Assembly: GCA_038870935.1 (NCBI GenBank)
Contig: JAVZJF010000001.1
Span: 1 to 25,771, forward strand
DNA length: 25,771 nucleotides
Source: Candidatus Anstonellales archaeon
GTDB taxonomy: Archaea; Micrarchaeota; Micrarchaeia; Anstonellales; SKW190
Direction of reading: 5' to 3'
This document shows positions 18,018 to 25,771 of this stretch, piece after piece. How positions within the stretch are numbered: the stretch's first letter is position 1; every line of letters starts with the position of its first letter. A model generated the notes under the pieces. It was not told the origin of the DNA. It did no database searches and saw nothing but the letters and a program-made list of their open reading frames with translations. The position numbers were made by a program, and so were the translations under genes.

Positions 18018-18284
18018 TAATCATTACGTGAAACAAGAGTGATGATTTATGTGTTTATTTTGTTTAATTTTTGCTTTGTTAGTGATAGGATTACTTTTAT
18101 TTACTTTTGAAATCACTCAGAAAAAGAGTAGTTCTGAGAATGATAACTTTGTTAATGTTTTATTGAGCGACAAGGCATTTAACCGATGATTCTGGAAACC
18201 TATAAAAGTATTAATGGTTTTTGCAGAGGGAAGAGTAGTTAGTCAGTGATTTAAGCACAAATTAGATTCTATTTTTAGAGTTCG

Positions 18285-18806
18285 TTAGAGTTCGTCTTTA
18301 GCATATAAGATGTCTTGCAATAGTGGTTTATGTTTATCAAAAAGTTCATTATCATTAAAGAAGAGCTTGATTTCTTTTTCAGCAGTTTCTAAAGAATCAC
18401 TTGCGTGTACGACGTTTGATGAAACACTGTTTGCGAAATCGCCTCTTATAGTGCCTGGTTGTGCTTTACGTGCATTAGTTGCTCCTACTAGATTTCTAAC
18501 TACTTCAACTGCTTCTACACCTTGTACGACCATGGCAACAATGGGTCTTGAGCATATGAACTCTTCCAAGCCCTTATAAAAAGGTTTGTTTACGTGTTGT
18601 GCATAATGCTTTTGTGCAAGTTCTTTAGTCATTTGCAGCATTTTTATGCCAACTATCTCTAAGCCTTTTTGCTCAAACCTTGAGATTATTTGACCTACTA
18701 ATTTTCTTTCCATTGCATCTGGTTTAATTAGAATCAAGGTTTTTTGAATTTTTGATGCTGAAGCTGAAAAAGTTAAATTAATTTTATCAGTATTATTAGC
18801 AGTCAT
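18285..18806 (-). CDS. ndk: Nucleoside diphosphate kinase
   Basis: TLILIKPDA, GTIRGDFA, NVVHASDS (phospho-His), AEKEIKLFF. Conserved position after L24e. Confidence 0.98.
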   Translation of the reverse strand: MTANNTDKINLTFSASASKIQKTLILIKPDAMERKLVGQIISRFEQKGLEIVGIKMLQMTKELAQKHYAQHVNKPFYKGLEEFICSRPIVAMVVQGVEAVEVVRNLVGATNARKAQPGTIRGDFANSVSSNVVHASDSLETAEKEIKLFFNDNELFDKHKPLLQDILYAKDEL

Positions 18807-18831
18807 TTTACCTCACTTTTACTTTTTTTGG

Positions 18832-19023
18832 TTATTTGTTAGTTGCTTTTTTAGCTTTTTTTTCTTTTTTTATGATCCACTTAAGTTTTTTATTATTTCT
18901 ACCCATGAAATAGTTCTTTTTGGCCTTTGAGTTAATAAAGAACAGAATTTGGCCATTTCTTTTAACATACATAATGCCTTTTCCTTTAGGGATTTCTTTT
19001 CCAGTATATGAACACTTGACCAT
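18832..19023 (-). CDS. rpl24e: 50S ribosomal protein L24e
   Basis: KCSYTGKEIPKGKGIMYVKRNGQILFFINSKAKKNY...KKLKW; conserved operon position. Confidence 0.92.
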   Translation of the reverse strand: MVKCSYTGKEIPKGKGIMYVKRNGQILFFINSKAKKNYFMGRNNKKLKWIIKKEKKAKKATNK

Positions 19024-19074
19024 AAGAATCACTTAGACTTAAAAAATAATAATAATGAACATGAGTGGTTTTTC

Positions 19075-19368
19075 TTACTTTACTTTAATGTCTTTTGCTT
19101 CTCTTTCTGTTTCCAAAAGAATTAAGATATCGCCTAGTCTTACAGGGCCTTTTACGTTTCTTCTTAGTACTCTACCTTGATCCCTGCCTGAAAGAATCTT
19201 GCAAAGGACTTGGTACACTTCTCCAGCAACACCTGTTTTGCCAATTATTTCGACTACTTCTGCAGGAGTGCCTTCAACTTGTTGTTGTTGGCCTTTTTGT
19301 GGTTCCTGAGCGAGCTTTGATTCATCAATAGGTGCTTGTTTTTTTGGCTTTTTTTTATTTCCTCCCAT
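19075..19368 (-). CDS. rps28e: 30S ribosomal protein S28e with N-terminal extension
   Basis: [50 protein letters not shown]. Confidence 0.96.
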   Translation of the reverse strand: MGGNKKKPKKQAPIDESKLAQEPQKGQQQQVEGTPAEVVEIIGKTGVAGEVYQVLCKILSGRDQGRVLRRNVKGPVRLGDILILLETEREAKDIKVK

Positions 19369-19436
19369 AATCATCAGACCTAAATTATTCTTAACTTTCT
19401 CTTTCTTTATTTTTTATTCTCTTGACTAAAGCTTAT

Positions 19437-19925
19437 TTATTCTTTCTTTGGTTGCTTTTTCTTAGCTTTTTCTTCAACAACTTTTTGTTCTTGTTGTTCT
19501 TGCTTTTTCTCTTTAGCTTCTTTAGTTTCTTTAGTCTCTTTGCCTTTTTCTTCAGCAGGCAAAGCTTTTCCTGTCAATCTTTCTACTAAGGTTCTTAGTT
19601 TCTCTTTTTCAGTGCCAGCGTCTTCAATAGCTACTGATGAAGTAGGTACGTTTAATCCTGCCATTTTACCTAATTCTTGTTTGGTTTGGACATAAACATA
19701 AGGTATTCCTTTTTCTTCACAGAGTTTAGGTAAATGCATCATTATCTCTTCAGGATCTACGTCCATGGCCATGGCAACAACTTTAGCATTGTTTCTTTCA
19801 ACGGATTTTGTAACTTCGTTTATACCTTTTTTAACTCTTCCAGAGTCTTTGGCTGCTGTTAAAACAGCATAAAAGAGTTCTACTAATTCCTGTGGGGTTT
19901 CAGATTTTACATATGCTTTTGCCAT
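19437..19925 (-). CDS. rpl7ae: 50S ribosomal protein L7Ae with C-terminal K/E-rich extension
   Basis: KKGINEVTKSVER, DVDPEEI..HLPKLCEEKGIPYVYV..K.ELG..AGL. GAGGTGA SD upstream of ATG 19925 (the ORF track's GTG at 19937 lies within the SD). Confidence 0.97.
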   Translation of the reverse strand: MAKAYVKSETPQELVELFYAVLTAAKDSGRVKKGINEVTKSVERNNAKVVAMAMDVDPEEIMMHLPKLCEEKGIPYVYVQTKQELGKMAGLNVPTSSVAIEDAGTEKEKLRTLVERLTGKALPAEEKGKETKETKEAKEKKQEQQEQKVVEEKAKKKQPKKE

Positions 19926-20134
19926 AAAAGAGTTCACCTCATATCATTGGTTTGATAACTTAACATTGTAAAGTAACATTTTAAAAGCTTAACGTGTAAC
20001 ATGTTCAGAAATTTAAATCTTAAAGCTAAGGAAGTATTTGCGAATAAAAATTACTAACAATGGATTAGTTTAACTAAGAAAATAACCGTTTAGATGATTA
20101 GGTAATCTTGAAAAGAAAAAAGGTATATGGAATA

Positions 20135-20207
20135 TGCGGCCGCCGGGATTTGAACCCGGGTCTTCGGCTTGGAAGGCCGGTGTCCTACCAGGCTAGACTA
20201 CGACCGC
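20135..20207 (-). tRNA. tRNA-Gly(UCC)
   Basis: Acceptor GCGGTCG/CGGCCGC, anticodon loop CTTCCAA, T arm CCGGG-TTCAAAT-CCCGG, discriminator A. C27-A43 mismatch. CCA not encoded. Confidence 0.96.
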
Positions 20208-20293
20208 ACTTTTCCAAAGAGCTAATAAAAAATCAGTAATAAACATCAATCTTTCACATAACTTTCACATAAAAATGCTTATAATTTTAAGTT

Positions 20294-21514
20294 TTAAGTA
20301 TTTGATGCCAGATTTTTTTCAATCTTTTTGATCTTATCAAGATATTCTGAGAAGCTGATCCAAGTATCGTCTAAGAAGATGAAGAAATCGTTATCAGTTG
20401 CTAAAATAACTATTCTATTGAATTTGTCTTGGCAATAAATGTCGTTATTTTCACAGAAATTAATTGCCGTGTCAGAGAGGCATTTTTTGTTATCATTCGC
20501 TATTTCGGATATGCAAAACCCGTTTTGAGGTTCTATGATATAAGAGCCTTTTAGGTATGAATTGTTGATGTCTTTAGATGAACTAATAATATTTTTAGTA
20601 AAAAGATTTGCACAGTGTCCAATTTTTGTATCATTTTCAATTCTTTCCCAGTAACAAACCATGTAGATGTTGTAGTTGCCAAGAGTATCTAATTCTATTG
20701 AAGAAGTATTTCTGTAAAAATAAGTCGTGCCATCTCTTTCTTGCAAGATTATGGTTTGGTCATTTCCTTTTCCTAATACTTTTAATTTATAGTTATCTTT
20801 TTGAAATTCTTTTATGATGGCTTTAAAAAGTAGAGAATAATCTTCACAATCACCATAGTATCTTTTTAACATTTCATCAATTGAATATAATTTATCATTT
20901 TCTTCTGATTTGTAATTAAAGTCAAGGGTATAACTTATTAGAAAACTTAAGCAAGGTAAAATCAAATAATCTTCCTTTACGCATTTTTCCTTTGCACTTC
21001 TTACAAATATGTTAGTTCTGTCGTTTTTAGGTATAACTGCGTTACTTCGAAACCAAGAAATGTAATTATTAATTTTTTCTTCAATTTTTAGAACTTCTTC
21101 ATTTAGAATTTTGATAGTATTTGTTGCGTTTGAATATTGTAGATTTTTAATTTCTAATTCTTTGTTTTTCAGATCTAATTCCGTAGTTAGGAAATTAATT
21201 TTTTTTTCAAGGTCTTTTATTTTATTTTGCATTTCGGTAATTTGAGAGTTCTTTTTAACTAATTCATTATTAGTTTTATTTAATTCTAACTCGAGGTCAT
21301 TTTTTTGTTTTTTGATAATCTGCAATTCGTGAATGGTTTTATTCAATTCAAGATTAATTTTATTATTCAAGTTTTCTAGGTTTGAGATTTCGTTTCTCAA
21401 GGTTTTAACTTTAGAATCAAGTGCATTGTTATTTACAAATAATATGATTGAAAATATTCCAATGATTAAGAGCAGAAAAAACTCTAATATAATGATTATC
21501 AATTTAGTTTCCAT
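20294..21514 (-). CDS. Membrane-anchored coiled-coil protein with transglutaminase-like cysteine protease domain
   Basis: N-terminal TM, about 120-aa heptad region, then GDCEDYSLLF (catalytic Cys), GHCANLF (His) and IIEPQ (acidic residue). Confidence 0.8.
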   Translation of the reverse strand: METKLIIIILEFFLLLIIGIFSIILFVNNNALDSKVKTLRNEISNLENLNNKINLELNKTIHELQIIKKQKNDLELELNKTNNELVKKNSQITEMQNKIKDLEKKINFLTTELDLKNKELEIKNLQYSNATNTIKILNEEVLKIEEKINNYISWFRSNAVIPKNDRTNIFVRSAKEKCVKEDYLILPCLSFLISYTLDFNYKSEENDKLYSIDEMLKRYYGDCEDYSLLFKAIIKEFQKDNYKLKVLGKGNDQTIILQERDGTTYFYRNTSSIELDTLGNYNIYMVCYWERIENDTKIGHCANLFTKNIISSSKDINNSYLKGSYIIEPQNGFCISEIANDNKKCLSDTAINFCENNDIYCQDKFNRIVILATDNDFFIFLDDTWISFSEYLDKIKKIEKNLASNT

Positions 21515-21521
21515 TGAATGA

Positions 21522-22082
21522 TCACTCGAACTTCACTAAGATAGTTTTTATGCCTGCTTTTTTTCCTGCCAATTCATCAATTTTCGTATCTCCAACAAAC
21601 ATTGTATTTTCTTTTTCTGAATTGGTTTTTTCTATGCATGCTATCAGCATATCTTCTCTTGGTTTTGGTTCATATTCACTTGCAGTTGCAACGTAATCAA
21701 AGTATTCTAAAATTCCAAATTTGTTAAGAATTCTTTCTGCGGAGCTTTTTGTTCTATTAGTGGCGACACAAACTTTGTACTTGTTGGACAGATAATTAAT
21801 GGTATTCCCTATAGGTGTTAGTTCGTAATATTTGTCGGCTTCATGCCTATGGTTTGCGATAGAGTTTCTGTAATCCTCATAACTTCCTAAATCATAGTTT
21901 AGTTTTGAGAATGTTTGATAAGTTTCTTTATCTGTTTTACCATATATCAAAGGAATTAGATCTTTATCGAATTCGTAGCCAAAGTCTTTAAAAACATTAG
22001 AATAAAGGTTAAACAATGCGTTTTTTGAGTAGATAATAACGCCGTCAATATCCAGAATAATGAGTTTAGTCTTAAGAATCAT
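21522..22082 (-). CDS. HAD-superfamily phosphatase (phosphoglycolate phosphatase-like)
   Basis: Motif I LDIDG, motif II ATN, motif III PKP, motif IV VGDT..D..AG..AG. Confidence 0.92.
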   Translation of the reverse strand: MILKTKLIILDIDGVIIYSKNALFNLYSNVFKDFGYEFDKDLIPLIYGKTDKETYQTFSKLNYDLGSYEDYRNSIANHRHEADKYYELTPIGNTINYLSNKYKVCVATNRTKSSAERILNKFGILEYFDYVATASEYEPKPREDMLIACIEKTNSEKENTMFVGDTKIDELAGKKAGIKTILVKFE

Positions 22083-22238
22083 TTAATCGTTAAGTAATCT
22101 CATTTGTTAATTAAATATTTTTGTATATCTGGAATGAAATTCAAACATGCAAAGATATAATACATCTTTTAAACACTAAATTACTCAACTATCTACTATT
22201 AAAATAACTTATTTTTATAATAAGAGTACGTGGTTAAC

Positions 22239-23141
22239 ATGGCTTCAACTGGGTTATTTAAGATAGAACTAAAATATCCTCTGTTTAAGGCTGGCAAAGT
22301 AAGAGATAATTACTTTTACAGAGGGAATATTTTAATGGTTGCCTCAGACAGATTATCTGCTTTTGATGTAGTTTTTTCACAGCCAATACCAAAAAAAGGT
22401 ATAGTTTTGACTAAGATGAGTTTGTTTTGGTTCGATATGTTCAAAAAATACAAAAACCATTTATTAGAAATGCCTGCTGAACTTTCGAAACAAGAGCCAA
22501 AAGAATTGCAATTAGAGCACAGGTCGATGTATGTAAAAAAGGCATTTCCGATCATGATTGAGGCTGTTGTAAGGGGTTATTTAGCAGGATCTGGTTACAA
22601 AGAGTATAAGCAAACAGGGAAGGTTTGTGGTATCGAATTAGACCAAGGCTTAGAAAACGGTAGCAGATTAAAAGAGCCTATATTTACACCTGCGACAAAG
22701 GCAATAGTTGGTCATGATATTAATATTACTGATGAAGAAGCTGAAGAAATAGTTTATCATAATACTGGCGATAGAGAAATCTATCACAAATTGAAGAAAG
22801 TCTCTATAGAGATTTACAAAAAGGCTCACGAATATGCTCTACAAAAAGGAATAATTTTAGCAGATACGAAATTAGAGTTTGGCATTGATGAAGAAAATGA
22901 TCTAATTATCATTGATGAGCTTTTAACACCAGATTCTTCAAGATTTTGGGACAAGGAAACGTATCAACCAGGCAAAGAGCAGAAGAGCTTTGACAAGCAG
23001 TACGTGAGAGATTATTTAGAGTCTATTAAATGGAACAAGCAACCGCCTGCACCGAAATTGCCTGAAGAAATAATAAATAATACGACTAAAAAATATATAG
23101 AAGCTTACGAAAAACTTACTGGTAAGAAATTTGAATGGTAA
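22239..23141 (+). CDS. purC: SAICAR synthetase
   Basis: GKVRD, ASDRLSAFD, EAVVRGYLAGSG, PIFTPATKA, ADTKLEFG, DELLTPDSSRFW, DKQYVRD. Confidence 0.98.
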   Translation: MASTGLFKIELKYPLFKAGKVRDNYFYRGNILMVASDRLSAFDVVFSQPIPKKGIVLTKMSLFWFDMFKKYKNHLLEMPAELSKQEPKELQLEHRSMYVKKAFPIMIEAVVRGYLAGSGYKEYKQTGKVCGIELDQGLENGSRLKEPIFTPATKAIVGHDINITDEEAEEIVYHNTGDREIYHKLKKVSIEIYKKAHEYALQKGIILADTKLEFGIDEENDLIIIDELLTPDSSRFWDKETYQPGKEQKSFDKQYVRDYLESIKWNKQPPAPKLPEEIINNTTKKYIEAYEKLTGKKFEW

Positions 23142-23188
23142 TTGGAATGAATTTATTTTTGCTAATGAATTAATTATGGGTTGATAAG

Positions 23189-23581
23189 ATGGTTGAAGTA
23201 GAGATATTGTTGGGTAGTAAAAGTGATATGCAGATAGCCGAAGATGCAAAAGCAGTTTTAGACGAGCATAAAATTGAGAGTAAAATAACAGTTGCGAGTG
23301 CACATAGAGAGCCTGATAAAGTAAGAGAAATAGTCAAGACTTCTGATGCAAAAGTTTTTATTTGCATAGCAGGTTTGTCAGCAGCTTTGCCTGGTTTCGT
23401 TTCGAGTTTAACTGACAAACCTGTTATAGGAGTGCCTGTATCTGCAAAATTAATGGGTTTAGATTCTTTATTATCGATTGCACAAATGCCTTCTGGAGTT
23501 CCAGTAGCTTGTGTTGGTATAGACAATGGTAAAAATGCAGCTCATTTAGCAATAAGAATCCTTAAATTATCAAAAAAATAA
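23189..23581 (+). CDS. purE: N5-CAIR mutase / AIR carboxylase (short form)
   Basis: [41 protein letters not shown]. Follows purC. Confidence 0.96.
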   Translation: MVEVEILLGSKSDMQIAEDAKAVLDEHKIESKITVASAHREPDKVREIVKTSDAKVFICIAGLSAALPGFVSSLTDKPVIGVPVSAKLMGLDSLLSIAQMPSGVPVACVGIDNGKNAAHLAIRILKLSKK

Positions 23582-23590
23582 AATCAAAAT

Positions 23591-24250
23591 ATGTCAAAAG
23601 AGAAAAAGAAGTATCGCAAAATAAATTTACACTTGCCACAGCATTTGTCTGTTTTAAAAAGATTTCCACAAGCTCTATTGCCGAAGGACATAGGAATTAT
23701 TCTAGCTTACACTGACATAACTAAGAATTCAGTTGTTTTAGATTCAGGTTTTGGCTCAGGTTTTTTAGCAATTTCTTTGGCAAGGTTTGTAAAGAAGGTT
23801 TATTCCTTTGAGATAAGAGAAGACTTTTACAAAAATGGTTTGAAGAATATTGAAAAATCAAAGTTAGATAACATAAGATTAATTAAAGCTGATATTTTTA
23901 CTGCGAATCTTAAAGAAGTGCTTGATATTGAAGATAATTCTAAGATAGAATTGATTACTTTAGATTTACCACAACCAGAAAGAGCAATTGAAAATATTTT
24001 AAATTATAAAAATTTTTTAGCAAAAAATTGCTATTTAGTATGTATCTTACCTACGATTGAGCAATTGAAGAATCTAGTTCTTTTTTGCAGGTCTAAAGGA
24101 TTTTTAGAGCTCATGACAACAGAATCTCAATTAAGGGATTGGCAGATAAAAGAAAATGCATGTAGGCCTATAACTACTCAAGTGGTACATTCAACTTTTT
24201 TGGCGATTTTTATAATTCACAATGAAGTTGAAGATAAAAACCTTAAATAA
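23591..24250 (+). CDS. trmI: tRNA (adenine-57/58-N1) methyltransferase TrmI-like
   Basis: PQ..LPKD.G.I, VLDSGFGSG (SAM motif), FEIREDF, LDLPQP, PTIEQ, R.W......RP, HSTFL. Confidence 0.88.
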   Translation: MSKEKKKYRKINLHLPQHLSVLKRFPQALLPKDIGIILAYTDITKNSVVLDSGFGSGFLAISLARFVKKVYSFEIREDFYKNGLKNIEKSKLDNIRLIKADIFTANLKEVLDIEDNSKIELITLDLPQPERAIENILNYKNFLAKNCYLVCILPTIEQLKNLVLFCRSKGFLELMTTESQLRDWQIKENACRPITTQVVHSTFLAIFIIHNEVEDKNLK

Positions 24251-24291
24251 AAATTAAAAAAAAGCTCAAGTTAGAGAGGTTTTCTTATTAT

Positions 24292-24720
24292 TTAGACATC
24301 GTGTGCCACATCATACACTGTTTTTACTGCGACTACTGCAACAGCTATTGATAACATTGCACTTAAGTCTAAGAAGAAGGCTTTAAACATATCTACTATA
24401 TTTGGGTTCATCATAAACGCAAACTCTACAACTTGAACTAATGCATTAAAGGTTACTAATAGAGCCAAACCACCGAGTAAAAACAACATTCTTTCGTTTT
24501 CTGTTACGTTAAAGGCTCCAACAAGAATACCGATTATAATTAAAGCAGCTAGTTTTACGTTTTTCCACAACTGATCTTGTATTGGAACTATTGCCATTAA
24601 CAAGGCCAGAATAATTCCTGCAGTAAAAGCTTTTGGGCCATAATGTACAGCTTGTTTCTTTATCTCGCCCATACCCTTTTTCAAAGTTTTTTCGGCTCCT
24701 TTGATAAGTTTCTCCACCAT
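24292..24720 (-). CDS. Small polytopic membrane protein of unknown function
   Basis: Basic amphipathic N-terminus and 3-4 hydrophobic segments, with motifs G.LVG.FNV..NE...FL and C-terminal VAVK.VYD. GGTGA SD precedes ATG 24720 (ORF track start 24732). Confidence 0.75.
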   Translation of the reverse strand: MVEKLIKGAEKTLKKGMGEIKKQAVHYGPKAFTAGIILALLMAIVPIQDQLWKNVKLAALIIIGILVGAFNVTENERMLFLLGGLALLVTFNALVQVVEFAFMMNPNIVDMFKAFFLDLSAMLSIAVAVVAVKTVYDVAHDV

Positions 24721-24871
24721 ACTTTTCACCATCCCTCTTTATAACTGGCTAAGCCATTAGTTTATAATTCATTTTGGCCTACTTTTAAATATTGCACATA
24801 AGTTGTTATATTTTTTGGATTGTTTTTCATTATAAGCTATCTTTAAAAATTTAAGTTGACAATAAATTTTT

Positions 24872-24975
24872 GCGCATGAAACAATGCGCATAGCACTTTG
24901 TTTGCCTGTGGAAGGAGCGGAGCTAGTAATAGTGTACCGCTCGCTTCCATCAACGACTTTCATAATAAATTTTTC
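24872..24975 (+). ncRNA. Candidate structured small RNA of unknown class
   Basis: 50% GC over 24871-24950 (40/80, hand count), two hairpins, TTTAAAAA box about 25 nt upstream and a T-rich stretch downstream. Confidence 0.5.
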
Positions 24976-25059
24976 TTGGGTTCTTTTGTCGAGTTTTGAT
25001 ATTCGTTTTCAATATTGTTTATAATATTATTTCTCAAACATCAACGTTAGTTGATTATT

Positions 25060-25771
25060 ATGATTACTCTTTCAACAAAGATTTATTCAAGGGAAGAAGT
25101 TGAGAAAACGCTTCACAAAACAATCATACAATGGTTAAAAAAATACAAAGAACTAACCATGCCTCAACTAATGGCTATTCCTTTAATCGAAAATAGGGAA
25201 AACGTCTTAGTAACTGCACCTACTGGTTCAGGTAAAACATTAACTGCTTTTTTGAGCATTTTAAGTTATCTCATAGAATTAGCAGAAAAAAATAATCTTG
25301 AAGATAAGGTTTATGCAGTTTATGTTAGTCCCCTACGTGCATTAAACAACGACATTGAAAAGAATTTGAAAGAACCATTAGAGGAGATGAAGCAAATTTC
25401 ATCATTTGTTGAAAAAATTAGGATTGCTGTTAGAACAGGAGATACTCCACAAAACGAAAGAACTAAAATGCTTAGGAAAGTACCTCATATTTTAATAACT
25501 ACCCCGGAATCATTTGCAATTCTTTTGAACTCAAGAAAATTTTCTAAATTTTTTAAGCCAGAATTCGTCATAATTGATGAAATACATGATTTGTGCTCTA
25601 ACAAGAGAGGTGTCCATTTATCTCTCTCTTTAGAACGACTCAACCAAAGAGTTAATTTTTGTAGAATAGGTTTGAGTGCTACAGTTCATCCTTTGGAAGA
25701 AGTGGCAAAATTTTTAGTTGGCTATGATAAAAATGGCCAATTAAGAAAATGCAAAATAATTAATGCTTCAT
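25060..25771 (+). CDS. lhr: ATP-dependent helicase Lhr (3'-truncated by window edge)
   Basis: Hand translation from ATG 25060: APTGSGKT, YVSPLRALNNDI, RTGDTP, ILITTPES, VIIDEIH, KRG..LSL.LERL, RIGLSAT. Not in the ORF track because it is truncated. Confidence 0.95.
   Translation, partial: MITLSTKIYSREEVEKTLHKTIIQWLKKYKELTMPQLMAIPLIENRENVLVTAPTGSGKTLTAFLSILSYLIELAEKNNLEDKVYAVYVSPLRALNNDIEKNLKEPLEEMKQISSFVEKIRIAVRTGDTPQNERTKMLRKVPHILITTPESFAILLNSRKFSKFFKPEFVIIDEIHDLCSNKRGVHLSLSLERLNQRVNFCRIGLSATVHPLEEVAKFLVGYDKNGQLRKCKIINAS

Noticed and set aside
18275-18294. Tandem 10-bp duplication TTAGAGTTCG across the ndk stop
   Set aside because: Two copies only; likely slippage, with no coding effect and not CRISPR-like.
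14354-20200. 27-43 mismatches in tRNA-Arg (G-A) and tRNA-Gly (C-A) as evidence of editing
   Set aside because: Mismatches at the top of the anticodon stem are common and tolerated.
1006-23526. Antisense or overlapping ORFs in the track (1006-1377, 5894-6193, 8615-8803, 10792-11256, 11439-11639, 12313-12504, 13022-13246, 15030-15224, 15511-15702, 17176-17385, 18310-18579, 19095-19331, 20608-20817, 21333-21521, 21514-21696, 22316-22555, 23016-23303, 23170-23526)
   Set aside because: All lie opposite well-supported genes and have no recognisable motifs; they are shadow ORFs.
24769-24963. 64-aa minus-strand ORF
   Set aside because: No motif or SD. It overlaps the structured RNA candidate, which better explains the GC content.
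24872-24975. SRP helix 8, tRNA-Sec, SECIS or H/ACA identity for the RNA candidate
   Set aside because: GGAAGGAGC resembles SRP helix 8 but lacks the upstream CAGG and pairing. There is no cloverleaf or K-loop, and it is 19 kb from the UGA gene.
1-25771. Genome-wide UGA reassignment, CRISPR arrays, IS elements, rRNA, tRNA introns
   Set aside because: Long genes contain many Trp/Cys codons without in-frame UGA. No repeat-spacer array, transposase, rRNA signature or bulge-helix-bulge intron was seen.

Overview
AT-rich (roughly 30% GC by eye) archaeal chromosomal window with no recognisable mobile element. Archaeal evidence: L7Ae-S28e-L24e-ndk operon, split GMP synthase B subunit, pantoate-kinase-like GHMP kinase, DUF2070, GGTGA Shine-Dalgarno motifs and tRNA genes lacking CCA. 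The large S-layer gene and style of the hypotheticals suggest a DPANN/Micrarchaeota-like organism (inference). Housekeeping content: nadK, glmS, guaAB, ndk, purC, purE, trmI, a HAD hydrolase, partial lhr and three tRNAs (Lys-UUU, Arg-UCU, Gly-UCC). The most interesting region is 1-8242: a minus-strand operon of a 2-TM protein resembling a VirB4 N-terminal region, a VirB4/HerA-type ATPase, a 2-TM Zn-finger protein whose first CxxC has an in-frame UGA at the second Cys (missed by the ORF track), and a coiled-coil protein ending in a CdvB-like winged helix. It converges on a 916-aa two-TM surface protein and lies near an ArlG/FlaG homologue and a class III pilin-like gene. Together these may form an undescribed chromosomal membrane-translocation or cell-contact machine. 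A 50%-GC two-hairpin element with its own TATA box (24872-24975) is a candidate unannotated small RNA. All family calls are from motif recognition only; no searches were run.
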